Part shown: one piece after another, positions 13,701 to 26,690 of the stretch
Numbering within the stretch: position 1 is the first letter of the stretch
Layout of the letters: each line of letters opens with the position of its first letter
From: Octopus sinensis
Lineage: Eukaryota
DNA: 64,000 bases
Direction: 5' to 3'
NCBI RefSeq assembly: GCF_006345805.1
Contig: NC_042999.1
Location: forward strand, 32,364,001 to 32,428,000
Position numbers and translations under genes: made by a program
Notes under the pieces: generated by a model
The model's input: only the letters and a program-made list of their open reading frames with translations
What the model was told of the DNA's origin: nothing
The model's database searches: none

Positions 13701-15581
13701 GCTCTAACGGTTCCACAGTCCTTCCGCCGCCTCCATATCATCGATTCTAACCGTCATACCGTAGGATTATTTCATCGAATCTGGATTGATAAAATGCAAA
13801 GTCAACGCAACTAAATATCATAAATCAATTATTCGACGCTGTAACGACCTTTTGGGCATCTCTATAGAAAATTATTGTTTTATTTACTATCAGTTTACTG
13901 TTTTGCACAGTGTGATTTCCTCTCATTAATTATAGTAAATAAATGGAATAATTAGAGGCATCTCTCGTGGTGGAAAACAAATTCTGATAATTTGAATTTT
14001 TGATGCGTCAGTTGCTTTTAATTTTCAAATATTTACATGTAGATTACTCTTACTCATACCTCCAATTAACTTTTAGCGTGGTATATGTAGAATTATTCCG
14101 AACATGAAGGAAGTAGTAAAAAAATTTATTACAGTCATGTTTACATAACTTTTAAACATGTAGCTTAGATTAGATGTGATTAAATGCGATTTGTCCTGAA
14201 GTATAAACTGCATACCAGTGAGTTTGTTCTATATTTTCAGGTCGTCTCTGACTCGATTCACCTATGACTTATGACATTTCAACTTCTCGTCTGTCTTCAT
14301 AATATAGTATCTAGAATTACATTATTATATTACCTTTCCTGTATCTTAATGATGTTATGATGAGAGATTCAACGATATGTTTAGGAGGCCGAGCAGCTGC
14401 GCTGACGAATTTATTTAATTATCACAAACATTGACAATATTTACGATGATGTAGGAGACATACCAGAAGGGCAGTTTATGTTTAACAGTATAGTTCAAGT
14501 AGTTTCTACGTCATAAGAAAAATATTGCTGGAAAGCTGTTGTGAATACACTTCAACGGAATTTGAATGCAGAACATAGATCGCCACATGAAATGCATTTC
14601 AGCATTTTGTTTCCCGCACGGTAAACATTAATCAAGCTGGTCGCATTTCAATATCCATCAAAGTCTTGACATACATCTAAATGAATTGGAAGTAAAGGAA
14701 CAAATTCAATAGAGCATCATACTCTCTGCTGTCGGAAATGTTATCGTATAATTTTGTCAATACCATGGGTATAAAATAAAAAGAAAACAACAAAAAAAAC
14801 ATTTATGTCATGTATCGTCACTAAACAATCAATTATATGTATTTATACAGATGTGAGTTGTTGGCTAAAATGTTTTACTTGTTTCCCTTCTTCATTATTT
14901 TAATAATCTAAAATGTTCTATATTATAAATATTTCACCACACTTCATCGCGTACTTTCGTATATTAAGTCAACTGGAATAAAAAATATGTAAATATAAAA
15001 GTATTTCTACTATTAGTTACGTAACCTATTTAATCGTTTCATATACGAAGAAATTTCAAATGGCTTGAAACCGCTGCAGTAGTACAGTAAATGACGGTAA
15101 GGAAATTCTTTTATTTTAGATATACTAATTTGTATATGCACTCTACTCACGTCAGAGTATGGAAATATTGCATCTGTTACAATGGTGCTCAATATTCAGT
15201 TGCAAATTCACTAGAATGTGGCAAATCAATTTTATTATCCATAACTTTCTCACATAAGTTCATGCTGTCTTTCAATTTGAATATATTCTCAAAAACTAAT
15301 TAACTGAGGCTACCTTGCGTCTGAAAGCAATATACTACGAAATTATTGAACCACTCAAAACATATATTGATAATCCATTTTTAATTAATATTCTACTCTG
15401 ACTCTTAGCTTTCAACCTAGCTTCAATAGTGCCTATAAATGCAATCGAGAAAGATTCAATTTTGTTAAAACATTCATCTATTCCAAATACCAGGCTAGAT
15501 GAATGGAGAGTATTAAATTTCATATTTTCTGTCATGTAGAACGGCATAGTGTTCGTTATGAAGTTTAAAATATTTATTATA

Positions 15582-15676
15582 TTACAGTGTAAATTAAAGC
15601 CGTTATCTTACAGTGTAAATTAAAGCCGTTATCTTACAGTGTAAATTAAAGCCGTTATCTTACAGCGTAAATTAAA
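15582..15676. repeat. 26-bp minisatellite, ~3.6 copies (TTACAGTGTAAATTAAAGCCGTTATC)
   Basis: Units start at 15582, 15608, 15634 and 15660 (partial). Confidence 0.95.
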
Positions 15677-16276
15677 CCAGAGATAAAAGATACAAAACTT
15701 CCTGTTTTCAACTTTAGAGTTCTTAAAATAAAACTATGAGCATCGAAACACAAATATGAATTTAATTGACACGATCTATGGTCGTCTACAATTTGCCACT
15801 TGTGTGACGTAAAAGAAGTACATTAGTACTTAAATTTGAATCTAATTTTGCAAGGGATATATTTTCCCTCTCTGATTAAAACATTTCCGTCCATTTGTAG
15901 AAATACCATATTCTCATATTATTGTATAGCTCAACGTATGAAAGACAGTATCTGTCTCATATACCTATCCTTCGTAGAAGATAAACATGTAGACACACAC
16001 ATACATATAAATATATGTTTACATAAGTGTTTATAGATATACATATATTTGTGTGTGTTGTTGTTGTTGTTGTTGTGTGTGTATGTGTGTGTGTGTGTGT
16101 TTCTGCGATTTTGAGCTCTTAGGGTTCGGTCAAAGCAAAGCCTTCAGGAGCAACAATGTAACTTTAAGCTTTATGAATTTCACGCAACGCCGGTTATTTT
16201 GACCGAATTTTAAAAAATAATCAGAGAGAATCCGTTACTACATTTGTCAATTCTAATAATATTAATAAAAATTATT

Positions 16277-16557
16277 TCAACTATACGCACGAGCACTGAG
16301 AATTGGGCACTTATTTTATCGACCACAAAATAAGGGAAGGTAATTATTTCAACATTTGCCACATAGGTAGCAATTTCAAGGTTCATGATAAGTCGATTTC
16401 ATCCACACCTTTGCTAAAATGTTTTTATTTTATCGGCTCCGAAATGATGAAAGACAAAGTTGATGACGGTGGAATTTGAACACAGAATGTAATGGCGGGA
16501 AAAATGACGTTATCCAATTTGTCCACCGTGCTAACTTTTCGGTCAGCTCGCCACCTT
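16277..16557 (-). mobile_element. Degenerate tRNA-derived SINE, family 2 (older variant with GTGCCTATAGTAGAA-type tail)
   Basis: Minus-strand head AAGGTGGCGAGCTGACCGAA and B-box-like GTTCAAATTCC. Confidence 0.7.
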
Positions 16558-16612
16558 AATAATAATAGTAATAATAATAATGATAATAATAATAATAATC
16601 ATAATAAATATA

Positions 16613-17159
16613 ATGCAGTACCAGACATTGGCTGTCATGGCTCCTGATCTTAACTGATTGGAAGTGTAATCATGTACATTGTTTTGTCTAGGTATAAAAG
16701 ATGGGTTACAGCAAATATTCTGATCAGTCCCACAGATTTGCTTGTCAGTTGTTTGACCGTAACCAGTTGAACATGTCCTTTAGTGGCTGACAATATGTGC
16801 ATCTCTGATCACGAGAAGAAGTAGTGGGGGAGCATCATAGCCGTGTGTTGAAAGAAGTTCTTGGAGGTTTGGATAATTCACCTTTGGAACATGGGTGGTT
16901 TGTTCAACATTCTTAAATAATCCTTATTCAGGGACCTTTTGAGCGGAATGGGCTACTCGACCAGAAGAAAATTCTAACTGGGCCCCACCTGCAAGGTCAT
17001 GCACCGTTCATCTTGATATGGGATCACCATGTCGCGCACATGGGATTGTGATGCATGCACCTGGTGTACCCTTATCAGACGGGTAGTCATGATGGGTATA
17101 CTGGGCTTCATATATTTTACCCCAAAGTCACTTTGAGTGCATGCAATGCTCTCTAACTC
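16613..17159 (+). mobile_element. ~550-bp non-coding TAA-flanked element (element A), near full length
   Basis: Colinear with 49161-49717; (TAA)n on both sides. Confidence 0.88.
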
Positions 17160-17199
<40 letters not shown>

Positions 17200-17219
17200 T
17201 AATAATAATAATAATAATA

Positions 17220-17257
<38 letters not shown>

Positions 17258-17264
17258 AATAATA

Positions 17265-17478
17265 ATCTTTTTTACTATAGGCACAAGACCTGAAATCTGG
17301 CGGAAGGATATAGTCGATGTAATCGACTCCAATATTCAACTCATACTTATTTCATCGATCCTGAATTGATAAAAGGCAATGTCGAACTTGGCTGAATTCG
17401 AAATCAGAATGCGAAGATGGACAAAATACCGCTGGGAATTTTCCCTATGGTGCTCGCGACTCTTCCACATGTTGCCTT
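17265..17478 (-). mobile_element. Degenerate family 2 SINE (older variant)
   Basis: Tail TCTTGTGCCTATAGTAAAAAGATTATTATT and GTTCGACATTGCCTTTTATC body on the minus strand. Confidence 0.7.
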
Positions 17479-17498
17479 TAATAATAATAATAATAATA

Positions 17499-17539
<41 letters not shown>

Positions 17540-17552
17540 TAATAATAATAAT

Positions 17553-17795
17553 AAAAGATAGTGCTCATGGGAACTGCTCATATCCTATGCAAAATACTTT
17601 TTATGTAAGTTCGAGTTTTAAAACTAAAATTTCGCTTTTTTTTTGACATTCACTAGTACAGCAATAAATACCAAACCAAATATATGGTACACTAGGCATA
17701 ACAACATCACGAACTTCCGACCTATTGTCTCTTGATGTTTCTGGGTGAGACTTGCAGCCAACTCGTACAAATATAAAGCAAAAGTCAAACATCGA
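17553..17795 (+). mobile_element. 5'-truncated R4/Dong LINE, lineage B (ORF end + 3'UTR)
   Basis: Translates KIVLMGTAHILCKILL, matching the C-terminus of the full element (KIVLTGTSHVLRRALSM). 3'UTR shared with 43809, 48884 and 20857 copies. (TAA)n both sides. Confidence 0.85.
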
Positions 17796-17797
17796 AA

Positions 17798-17843
<46 letters not shown>

Positions 17844-18107
17844 TTTTATTATGTAACAATTGCGTGAAGTGCAATATAATTGATGTCCACAACTCCCGGA
17901 TAAACCACCCAGAGTGTTAAAATATATATTAAATGTTGGCAATATTTGTATATGAATGTTATAGTATCGGCTTTCATTACTTCGAAATAATTAATATTAT
18001 TACGTTGCTATTTTTACCGCATAATTATCCCTATAAATAATGTCTAACCGCTCATATATCTCCACTGCTAAATTTATTCCCAAGGCAGTGTTGAGCCGAT
18101 AACGAGT

Positions 18108-18508
18108 GGGCGGCTAGCTGGTAGAATCGTTAGCACGTCGGGCGAAATGCTTAGCGGTAGTTCGTCTGCCTTTACGTTCTATGTACAAATTCCGTCGAGG
18201 TCGACTATGACTTTCATCCTTTCAGGGTCGATTAGATAATTACCAGTTACGCACTTGGATCGTTATAATCGACTTAATCCGTTTGTCTATCCTTATTTGT
18301 TCTCTCCGTGTTTAGCCCCTTCTGGGTAGTAAGGAAATAGCAATAGGTAGTTCGTCTGCCGTTACGTTCTTAGTTCAAATTCTTCCGAGGTCGGCTATGC
18401 TTTTTATCCTTTCAGGGTCGATAAATTAAGTATCAGTTGCGTACTGGAGTCAATCTCATCGATTGGCCCCCTCCCAAATAATCTCGGACATTGTGCCTAG
18501 AGTAGGAA
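18108..18508 (+). mobile_element. Family 2 SINE head-to-tail dimer
   Basis: One full unit ending GGGTAGTAAGGAAATA, then a second unit starting at GGTAGTTCGTCTGCC and ending GTGCCTAGAGTAGGAAA. Confidence 0.85.
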
Positions 18509-20814
18509 ATTCAATGTGCTCAATGCTGGATGATATGCAAACCTTATGGGTAATAATGAACATTGTTTTAAAAACATATAGTATAAAAAAGATATTGAAT
18601 TTCACTTAGGCAATTCCCGATATAAACTGTTGTAAATGAAATATTCCCATAGTGGTCGAGGATTACTAATGTATTATTAGAGTGACCTGAATCTCATATG
18701 AATTCCACGATTTGTTCCTCACGAAACAAAATGTATATTGAAAAATAATTACTTTACAATAAAAATATAAAATAAAGCAGTCGTGTACTATTTTGGTTAC
18801 AAAGCAATTATTTGTATATCTAACTTCTGCCAAGTGAAAAAATAGTTGAAAAATAAGACGTTATGATTAATACTACATAAGAGGAAAGGTTAGAGAGATG
18901 AGTAATTTTTCTTATCTCATAAGTAAACAAAGACAAAACAAATTCTCTTATTTATTCAATAATTCCCCCTTGTACTGTAATAAACGAGAAAGCAACGGAA
19001 GATGAATATCGCATCAATCGAACGTCCTATTCCTAGTATATTATATCGTTTTATTTATTCGATTTCCCTTACTTCTTCATAACAAGGAAAATTATTAAGC
19101 GATTGTGATTGATGGTTAAATAACAATATCTTGTTTTCTTTACTTCAGTGATGAAAGAAATGGGAATGGACTGTAACGCAATACAGAAATATATTTAAAA
19201 AAAACACGGAAGATGAGTTTAGCTGATAATACGTTTTCTAAAAATCGGCGTCAATCTTCAAAATATATTTTTTTACATTGCAGAAACTTAGTGAAAATAG
19301 CGTGATTATGGACAATTTTTGTCAGTTTTTGTATGTGGGAACGTTTCTAATTCCATGTTTAGTGAAAGTACATGGCGATCAAATGACAAATAGGAATTAG
19401 AATGAATGATAATTAGAAACTCGTCAGATTAATACAGGTAAGGAACACAATAATAAGTAATTTAGTAACTTACTTTGTAGTGTTTTTGTTCATATTGTAT
19501 ATTGTGATCAGCTTTCTATTTCTATTATCATATACTTATAATGTTTTTTTTTATTCTTTAAAGCTAAGTTAACTTGATTAAAGTAACGTTAAGCTAAAGT
19601 TTTATAGGTTCACTAGTCTGTCTGTTTATTCTACTGATGTGGTTATTAATGCAAGTAGTCTTATTAAATTCGTACTATATTGTTATGAGATCAGTCGAAC
19701 ATAACCACATAGTTTAAGGGTCTCATTGTAATATTCTGCATTGTTTTGGAACCCACTAGATATCTTCGTAACGATGCTGTTCCTAAGCGAATGTGGCTGG
19801 TTAGCGAATCTGACATATTGAAGATTTTCGTTAGGTTTATGCTAGTTAAATCTAGACAACTAACCGTATTAATTCTTTTTTGAACGGGATACAAAGAATA
19901 AAGTTTTAGATGAACTTGTGTAAAGTATACCTTAATATTTCAAAGGCCAAGATGTTCTGCGTACTGCTTCACAAAAGTAAGTAGGGCGTTATCGCGGTAC
20001 AAACAGTATTTTGGAAGAATTTGTGGAGTTCGTGTAAAATGTTCAGAGTGGCAAGATAATACATGAGTAAAGTCTGATTAATCGATAGTAACATCAAACT
20101 CTCATAATGTTGGACTGGGAGGCACAATGGTGTGCCCTGGAAACGTTTCAGATTACACATGAACATACCACTGGTCATTCGTAAGAAATTTCCACGGCTG
20201 ATGATTGATTCCGCCAGAACCCATACTCACGCGGAGCATCTCTTCATACGCCAAACAGATACTATGATATGGATAAGGGGATCTATCTATCGGCTTCAAC
20301 TTTTGGCACAATGCCAGCAATTTCGGTGGATGGTTTACGTCGATTACACTGTCCCCATGAATGGCAATGCCAACCTCGGCATCATTTGAACTCAAAACGT
20401 AAGATTGAAGAAATGCCGATAAGAATTGAGTTTGTGTGCTAAAGACTTTGCCAGCTCGCTGCCGTTGCGTGGAGGATCCATATATTACCATCAACACTCA
20501 TTGCACTACAACATGGAAGTAATTTCAAAACCGGGACGTGAACCTTAAATGGAAATTGCGTGCAAGCTAACGCGTTGTATGAGTCTGTTGAAAGTACTTA
20601 CACGGAAGCCACCACTAAAGAGGAGAAGTCCAAATCTATTTGCCACTACCAGTACTAACAGCAGCGATGTCTACTCAAACCACCTTCAACCTCAGCAAAC
20701 ATACCCGCTTCCACAATTGTGATACATTTATTTATATAAATATTTGTTATTTTCATTATTATTATTGTTATTATTTTAATCATCATCATCGTCATCATCA
20801 TCATTAATATTATT

Positions 20815-20845
<31 letters not shown>

Positions 20846-20856
20846 TTATTATCATT

Positions 20857-21242
20857 CTGTGTTTGACTTTTGCTTTATGTCTGTACAAGGTGGCTCCAAG
20901 TCTCACCCAGAGACCTTAAGAGACAACAGGTTGGAAGTTCTGTGCCATATATTTGTTTTTTTTTTGTTTTTGTTTTTTCTTTTTTTTTGGTGTTGTACTA
21001 GTGAATGTCTAATACATAAAAATAAGATAAAAAAAAAATAAAATAAAATAAAATAAATAAATTAATTAATTAAAAAAAAGTTTGTTTTAAACCATGGAAT
21101 TACATAGAGAGTATTTTGCGTAGGATATGAGCAGTTTCCATGAGCACTATCTTTTGAATTTCTGCCATTTTGGGGTTTCCTGGTATCTAAGTTAGGTAGC
21201 AATTAGTCCCTTTCGCTATCATTCCCAGGGCACCTATGACAC

Positions 21243-21243
<1 letters not shown>
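20857..21243 (-). mobile_element. 5'-truncated R4/Dong LINE, lineage B
   Basis: Minus strand translates VIGALGMIAKGTNCYLT*IPGNPKMAEIQKIVLMETAHILRKILSM*, followed by the lineage B 3'UTR. (TTA)n on both sides on +. Confidence 0.88.
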
Positions 21244-21290
<47 letters not shown>

Positions 21291-21315
21291 TATTATTATT
21301 ATTATTATTACCATT

Positions 21316-21525
21316 GAGTCAGAGAACAGTGCGTGCCATCAAAGTGACACGGGTAAAATATACGAAGCCCAGTATACCCATCATGATTACCCGTCTGATA
21401 AGTGTACACCAAGCACATGCATCACAACCATACGTGCGCGACATGGTGATCTCAAATGAAGATAAACAGCGCATGACCTTGCAGGTGGGGCCCAGTTAGA
21501 ATTTTCTTCAGGTCGAGTAGCCCAT
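21316..21525 (-). mobile_element. Element A, 5'-truncated copy
   Basis: Reverse complement of the last ~210 bp of 49161-49717, inside (TTA)n. Confidence 0.88.
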
Positions 21526-21527
21526 AA

Positions 21528-21598
<71 letters not shown>

Positions 21599-21699
21599 GT
21601 TGTTGTTGTTGTTGTTGTTGTTGTTTGTTGTTGTTGTTGTTGTTGTTGTTATTATTATTATCATCATCATCATCATTATTATTATTATTATTATTATTA

Positions 21700-22187
21700 C
21701 TTTTTTTTCTTCTTTCAAATTTGCTTCCATTTCTTGCCGAGTGTCTTGCCGACTCCTAGAGCAAAGAAACTCATAGTATACATTGGTAGGTCATTAACCA
21801 AACTCAATAGTTCGTTCATTTTTTTTTTTAAGTTAAATTAAAATACATGAGCAGCAACAGTTCTCACATCGACCATGCTCTTCTCAATACGTGTGTTGTA
21901 CTAGTTAAGACAATCTTTTGCACTTCTTGCAGGGATGGTAAGCCAGGGATAATTCTCATATAATTTTCGGTTCCCTTCTTGATCATCCCTAGTGCTCCTA
22001 CGATCACTGGTATTGTAACCGCCTTGAGATGCCACATTTTCTCAATTTCAATGAATAGGTCTTTATATTTTCTGAGCTTGTCAGACTTTTTCGCTGAGAT
22101 ATTATGATCACAGCGGATGCTCATGTCGATCAATGAGCAAACTTTATTGTTTTGGTCTTTCACAACAATATCTGGTCTATTGGCCTT
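21700..22187 (-). mobile_element. 5'-truncated copy of the main R4/Dong family (RLE C-terminus + 3'UTR), duplicate 1
   Basis: ORF 21864-22163 is nearly identical to the C-terminal ~99 aa at 47.9-48.2 kb; same 3'UTR. Confidence 0.95.
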
Positions 22188-22328
22188 TATTATTAGTATT
22201 ATTATTATTATTATTATTATTATTGTTGTTGTTGTTGTTGTGTTGTTGTTGTTGTTGTGTTGTTGTTGTTGTTGTTGTTATTATTATTATCATCATCATC
22301 ATCATTATTATTATTATTATTATTATTA

Positions 22329-22817
22329 CTTTTTTTTCTTCTTTCAAATTTGCTTCCATTTCTTGCCGAGTGTCTTGCCGACTCCTAGGGCAAAGAAACT
22401 CATAGTATACATTGGTAGGTCATTAAACCAAACTCAATAGTTCGTTCATTTTTTTTTTTAAGTTAAATTAAAATACATGAGCAGCAACAGTTCTCACATC
22501 GACCATGCTCTTCTCAATACGTGTGTTGTACTAGTTAAGACAATCTTTTGCACTTCTTGCAGGGATGGTAAGCCAGGGATAATTCTCATATAATTTTCGG
22601 TTCCCTTCTTGATCATCCCTAGTGCTCCTACGATCACTGGTATTGTAACCGCCTTGAGATGCCACATTTTCTCAATTTCAATGAATAGGTCTTTATATTT
22701 TCTGAGCTTGTCAGACTTTTTCGCTGAGATATTATGATCACAGCGGATGCTCATGTCGATCAATGAGCAAACTTTATTGTTTTGGTCTTTCACAACAATA
22801 TCTGGTCTATTGGCCTT
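22329..22817 (-). mobile_element. 5'-truncated copy of the main R4/Dong family, duplicate 2
   Basis: Identical translation and identical truncation point to 21700-22187; offset 630 bp. Confidence 0.95.
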
Positions 22818-22828
22818 TATTATTAGTA

Positions 22829-22878
<50 letters not shown>

Positions 22879-22894
22879 TATTATTATTATTATT

Positions 22895-24436
22895 CAGTTG
22901 TCTTATTTCTATCATGTACTGTCACTGCTCTACCAAGTGCATCACTGTGGTGTGCCTTGGGTGTAGTCTATTTTGCTGTGGGTCTCCTATTTGCATTGTA
23001 CGGAAAGTGTTTTAACGTAGGATGTGTGAGGCGTCTAGTAGTGCTATTTTCTGTATGCTATAAATACCTATAAGTCCTGATATTTCTCTTATCTACTTTT
23101 AGATGTGCTTTTATCATGCCTAATACGCCTTCCAAAATAGGAATTGTTTCTTTTTTTGGGGGGCTCCACATTCAAGTTACCTCTATTTCAAGACCTTTAT
23201 ATTTTGAATGTTTCTCCGTTTCTTTTAGAGGAAATGTGTCATTTGTTGGTATTGATACATCGATTAGAAAGCTTTTTTGTTTTTCTTGGTGATCGCTAAA
23301 ATCTATATGGCCTTAATTTCTCTATATGTGTGTATTGGCATATCCAGAGTGTGGTTGCTTTCTCATGTTCTGGGATGTCCCTATACCATCTTTTGTTTTG
23401 TTATTCCATGAAGTTGGCATAGTTTTCAGTGTAATACAGGTCCCAACTCCGTCGTGTCTGTGAGGATATTCCTCCTTAGCGAAGACTGGGCAAACAGAAA
23501 CAATATGATTTTTGCATTTTCTCCATCACCACATATTCTTCAGTTAGTTTCTGGGGGGGAAGGCTTTGAACATTTGATGCAATTAAAAAATCCTTCAGCC
23601 TCTGCTTTGAGTCTGAGTTTTTATTTGTCTGCTTTTTCTCTATTTAGCTTTGCCTCAGTATTTGCAATGCAGGGGCTTTCCTTGCCATCATTTTATCATG
23701 ATGCGCAGGAGTGGCTGTGTGGTAAGTAGCTTGTTTACCAACCACATGGTCATAGGTTCAGTCCGACTGCGTGGCATCTTGGGCAAGTGTCTTCTGCTAT
23801 AGCCCCGGGCCGACCAATGCCTTGTGAGTGGATTTGGTAGACGGAAACTGAAAGAAGCCTGTCGTATATATGTATATATATATATATATGTGTGTGTGTG
23901 TTTGTCCCCCTAGCATTGCTTGACAACCGATGCTGGTTCGGCAAAAGAGACTGATAGAATAAGTACTGGGCTTACAAAGAATAAGTCCCGGGGTCGATTT
24001 GCTCGACTAAAGGCGGTGCTCCAGCATGGCCGCAGTCAAATGACTGAAACAAGTAAAAGAGTAAAAGAGAGAAAGAGTATACGTTGTTGTTCCAGTTTTA
24101 GTTTGAATTTTTTAGTTGTTTTTCAGCTTCTGTTCTTTCTTTTATTTCTACACAGTTGTTAGGTACTACGACTTCATTTTCCTTTTGTATTCGTCAGCTC
24201 CCATAAAGATTCAAAATAACTATTTTCGTTTTCGTGTTTTGTGGCTATTTGCATTTGTTTTCCTTGCTTCTGAAGTAGGTATTTTTGTAGTCCTATTGTG
24301 TTCATTCTGTAATAGTTTTGTATTTGTATTAGGCCTTTACCAACATCGATGCCTTGTACGTATAGCTTTTCTATGTCATACTATTCGTGGTCCATCCTAA
24401 AGACTGTCATTATGTTTCTTATTTTCCTGTCAGCCC
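22895..24436 (-). mobile_element. Degraded R4/Dong LINE, lineage C (post-RT region to 3'UTR), split by a SINE
   Basis: Minus-strand fragments ADRKIRNIM..DIEKLYV..GKGLIQ..TIGLQKYL, WQGKPLH, LKAEAEGF, NHIVSVCP..RHDGVG, IDVSIP, KIALLDASHILR align with the full element; many stops and frameshifts. Confidence 0.85.
23703..24077 (+). mobile_element. Family 1 SINE inserted into lineage C LINE
   Basis: GCGCAGGAGTGGCTGTGTGGTAAG head through GTAAAAGAG tail, with a short internal deletion near 23937. LINE coding sequence resumes on both sides. Confidence 0.9.
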
Positions 24437-24454
24437 ATCATCATCATCATCATC

Positions 24455-24489
<35 letters not shown>

Positions 24490-24557
24490 ATTCATTATCA
24501 TCATCATCATCATCATCATCATTATTATTATAATTATTATTATTATTATTATTAGTG

Positions 24558-24603
<46 letters not shown>

Positions 24604-24604
<1 letters not shown>

Positions 24605-26690
24605 TTCGTGACACATTGTAGGCAAAAATGCACCGGAACTTTTAGTTATCTGTCAAGTCACAAGTATCTCAGACAGATAATACTTTCCTTAAGATGTGCG
24701 CTGTGTCCAATAAGGCTGCATTTTAGAAGGTACCAATCTTGCATGGGATTTCCAGTTGCCTTAAGAAGTCTCGAAGACTTCTTAATGGGATTGAGCCTAA
24801 TGCTTCGATCACCACTAGTATCTCTTTTACATTACCCTCTCGCATTCCATTTCCACTTATCATTTCCACTTTCAATTCTGAGTAACTGGTGATTTTTTCA
24901 ACCTTTTTACTCACAACATTCATATCATTTGGTGTGCCTACATCAATGATCTGACAATTTTTTAACTGTCTTACTCAGTATGACAATATCCAACCGACGG
25001 TATTCGATTATACGATCCGGCTGAAAATCACAGACTCAGAGTACCGTTACTTTTGCATCCTCCTGCATAACTTCACTTGATACATTCTCATACCACTTCT
25101 CTGTTACTTCATATTGGCATCAGAGTCAATTTGCGGCATAAGAGCCAATGAAGATACACACGTATTCTCTCCTGGCGGCGCTTCTATTCTTTTTGTAACA
25201 GGCTCTCACATCCACTTACCAACTAGGTCATATTTTCCACACACCTTCCACAATCCGCTTTTCTGAGTGTCACTGAATTGGTTGCGAGAGCCTGGTCTTA
25301 TGCAGCCATGTTCATTCTTTCGGTGGTACGCTTCAAATCACTTTGCCCAAGCCATGCCCACGATGCTGTATTATCCTCAACGTCCTGTGAATTCCTTTCA
25401 AACTGTCAATGCAATCTCATTTAAAGACGGTCTTCAATTCTCTTCTCCTCAGCTCTTTGTGTAAATTCTTCCTTGCCCGTCAATTCACCTGCATTTGCCC
25501 CATATTGCAGTAGGTCTTCGTCACTATTTATCAAATGCTCGGCAAGCCTACTCCTTTCTCTACATATACAATGGACTATGTTAATTAGTCCTCAGCCACC
25601 ATTGTTTCTTTTCACATACAGTCCTTTTACGTTTGCTTTAGGGTGTAGCGTCCCATGCTGCATCATCAATTTCCTCATCATTCTACCTAGTGTTGATATT
25701 TCCTCCTTAGCCCATTTGAGGATGGACGCTCTATATCTGACCACCTCAACTGCCCAGATAGTTATTGCGGTAATAAAATTATTGGCATTACGGTTGGATT
25801 TCAACACCATCTTCACCCTTTATATACACCTCACTGACCTTGACTTTTATTTCTCTGTGTTGAATGTCAACCAGCTCCAAAATCCCTAAATATCTATACA
25901 CGTTACCATCGATTTCACCCATGGTCTCTGTTGATGGTAACCACAATCCTCTGCAGGATGCTGTCTTCCCTCTTATTATTTCAACTACCGAGCATTTGGT
26001 AATCCCAGATTCCATACCGATGTCGCTACCACATTTCTGGACTGTTTTGGCTAAGGAATCTATCTGTTTTTCTGATTTCCCAAACAATTTCATGTCTTCC
26101 ATAAACAGAAGATGGTTCAATGGTAGACCTTTCTTCGCACATCGGTAACCCATTTTAACTTTCCTAAGTGTCATTTTATGGGTAAGAGTGCAATTAAAAA
26201 TAGCAACGTAGAAGACGAGTCACCTTCGAAGATTTCATTTTTAATATTAACTTCTCCAAGGAATACATTACTTGAGTACAATTTGGTTTTCCACTCTTTC
26301 ATGCTATGCATCAGAAAATTTGTGATTCCCTATTGTTCTTTCTAACGTTCGGAAGCATTGCTTCAGGTTATTTTTAAACAATCGGTTCTCCTTGAACTAC
26401 TTATTTTTATTATTATTGTGCTGGACAAACGAGGCGTCGACTACACAACAGATTTGCAGAAAACTTACGGAAGCTCTGCCTCCAAAATGTGCCCCATCGC
26501 CCGTCATTTTTCTTCTTCCTGCCTCTCCTCTGCATTTGGCCTGGTCTTATGCCAATAATCCATCAAAACCGGACTTCGTCTTGAACAGCACCAAATTTCA
26601 CTCACGAAACCCAAGTTTCCGCTGGACTAAATACGACTCCCTGCTTCCAGTGACAACCTTCACACAGCTTCTTAAACAAGTCTTTAAAAA
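24604..26690 (-). mobile_element. Degraded R4/Dong-type LINE, lineage D (RT + RLE remnants, internal deletion)
   Basis: LNHLLFMEDMKLFGK (RT motif C), DIGMESGITKC, YRYLGILE, MMQHGTLHPKANVKGLYVKRNNGG, and ..VVIEALGSIP..TAHILRKVLSV terminus. The 5' boundary is uncertain. Confidence 0.85.

Noticed and set aside
13476-14300. Plus-strand candidate exons (13476-13539 with CAG/GTAAGT donor; acceptor near 14239)
   Set aside because: Good splice words but no recognisable product; the downstream segment stops quickly in all frames.
19343-19427. Minus-strand CUGACGA ... GAAACGUU with a 10-bp inverted repeat
   Set aside because: GAAA is sequestered in the stem and no stem I partner exists.
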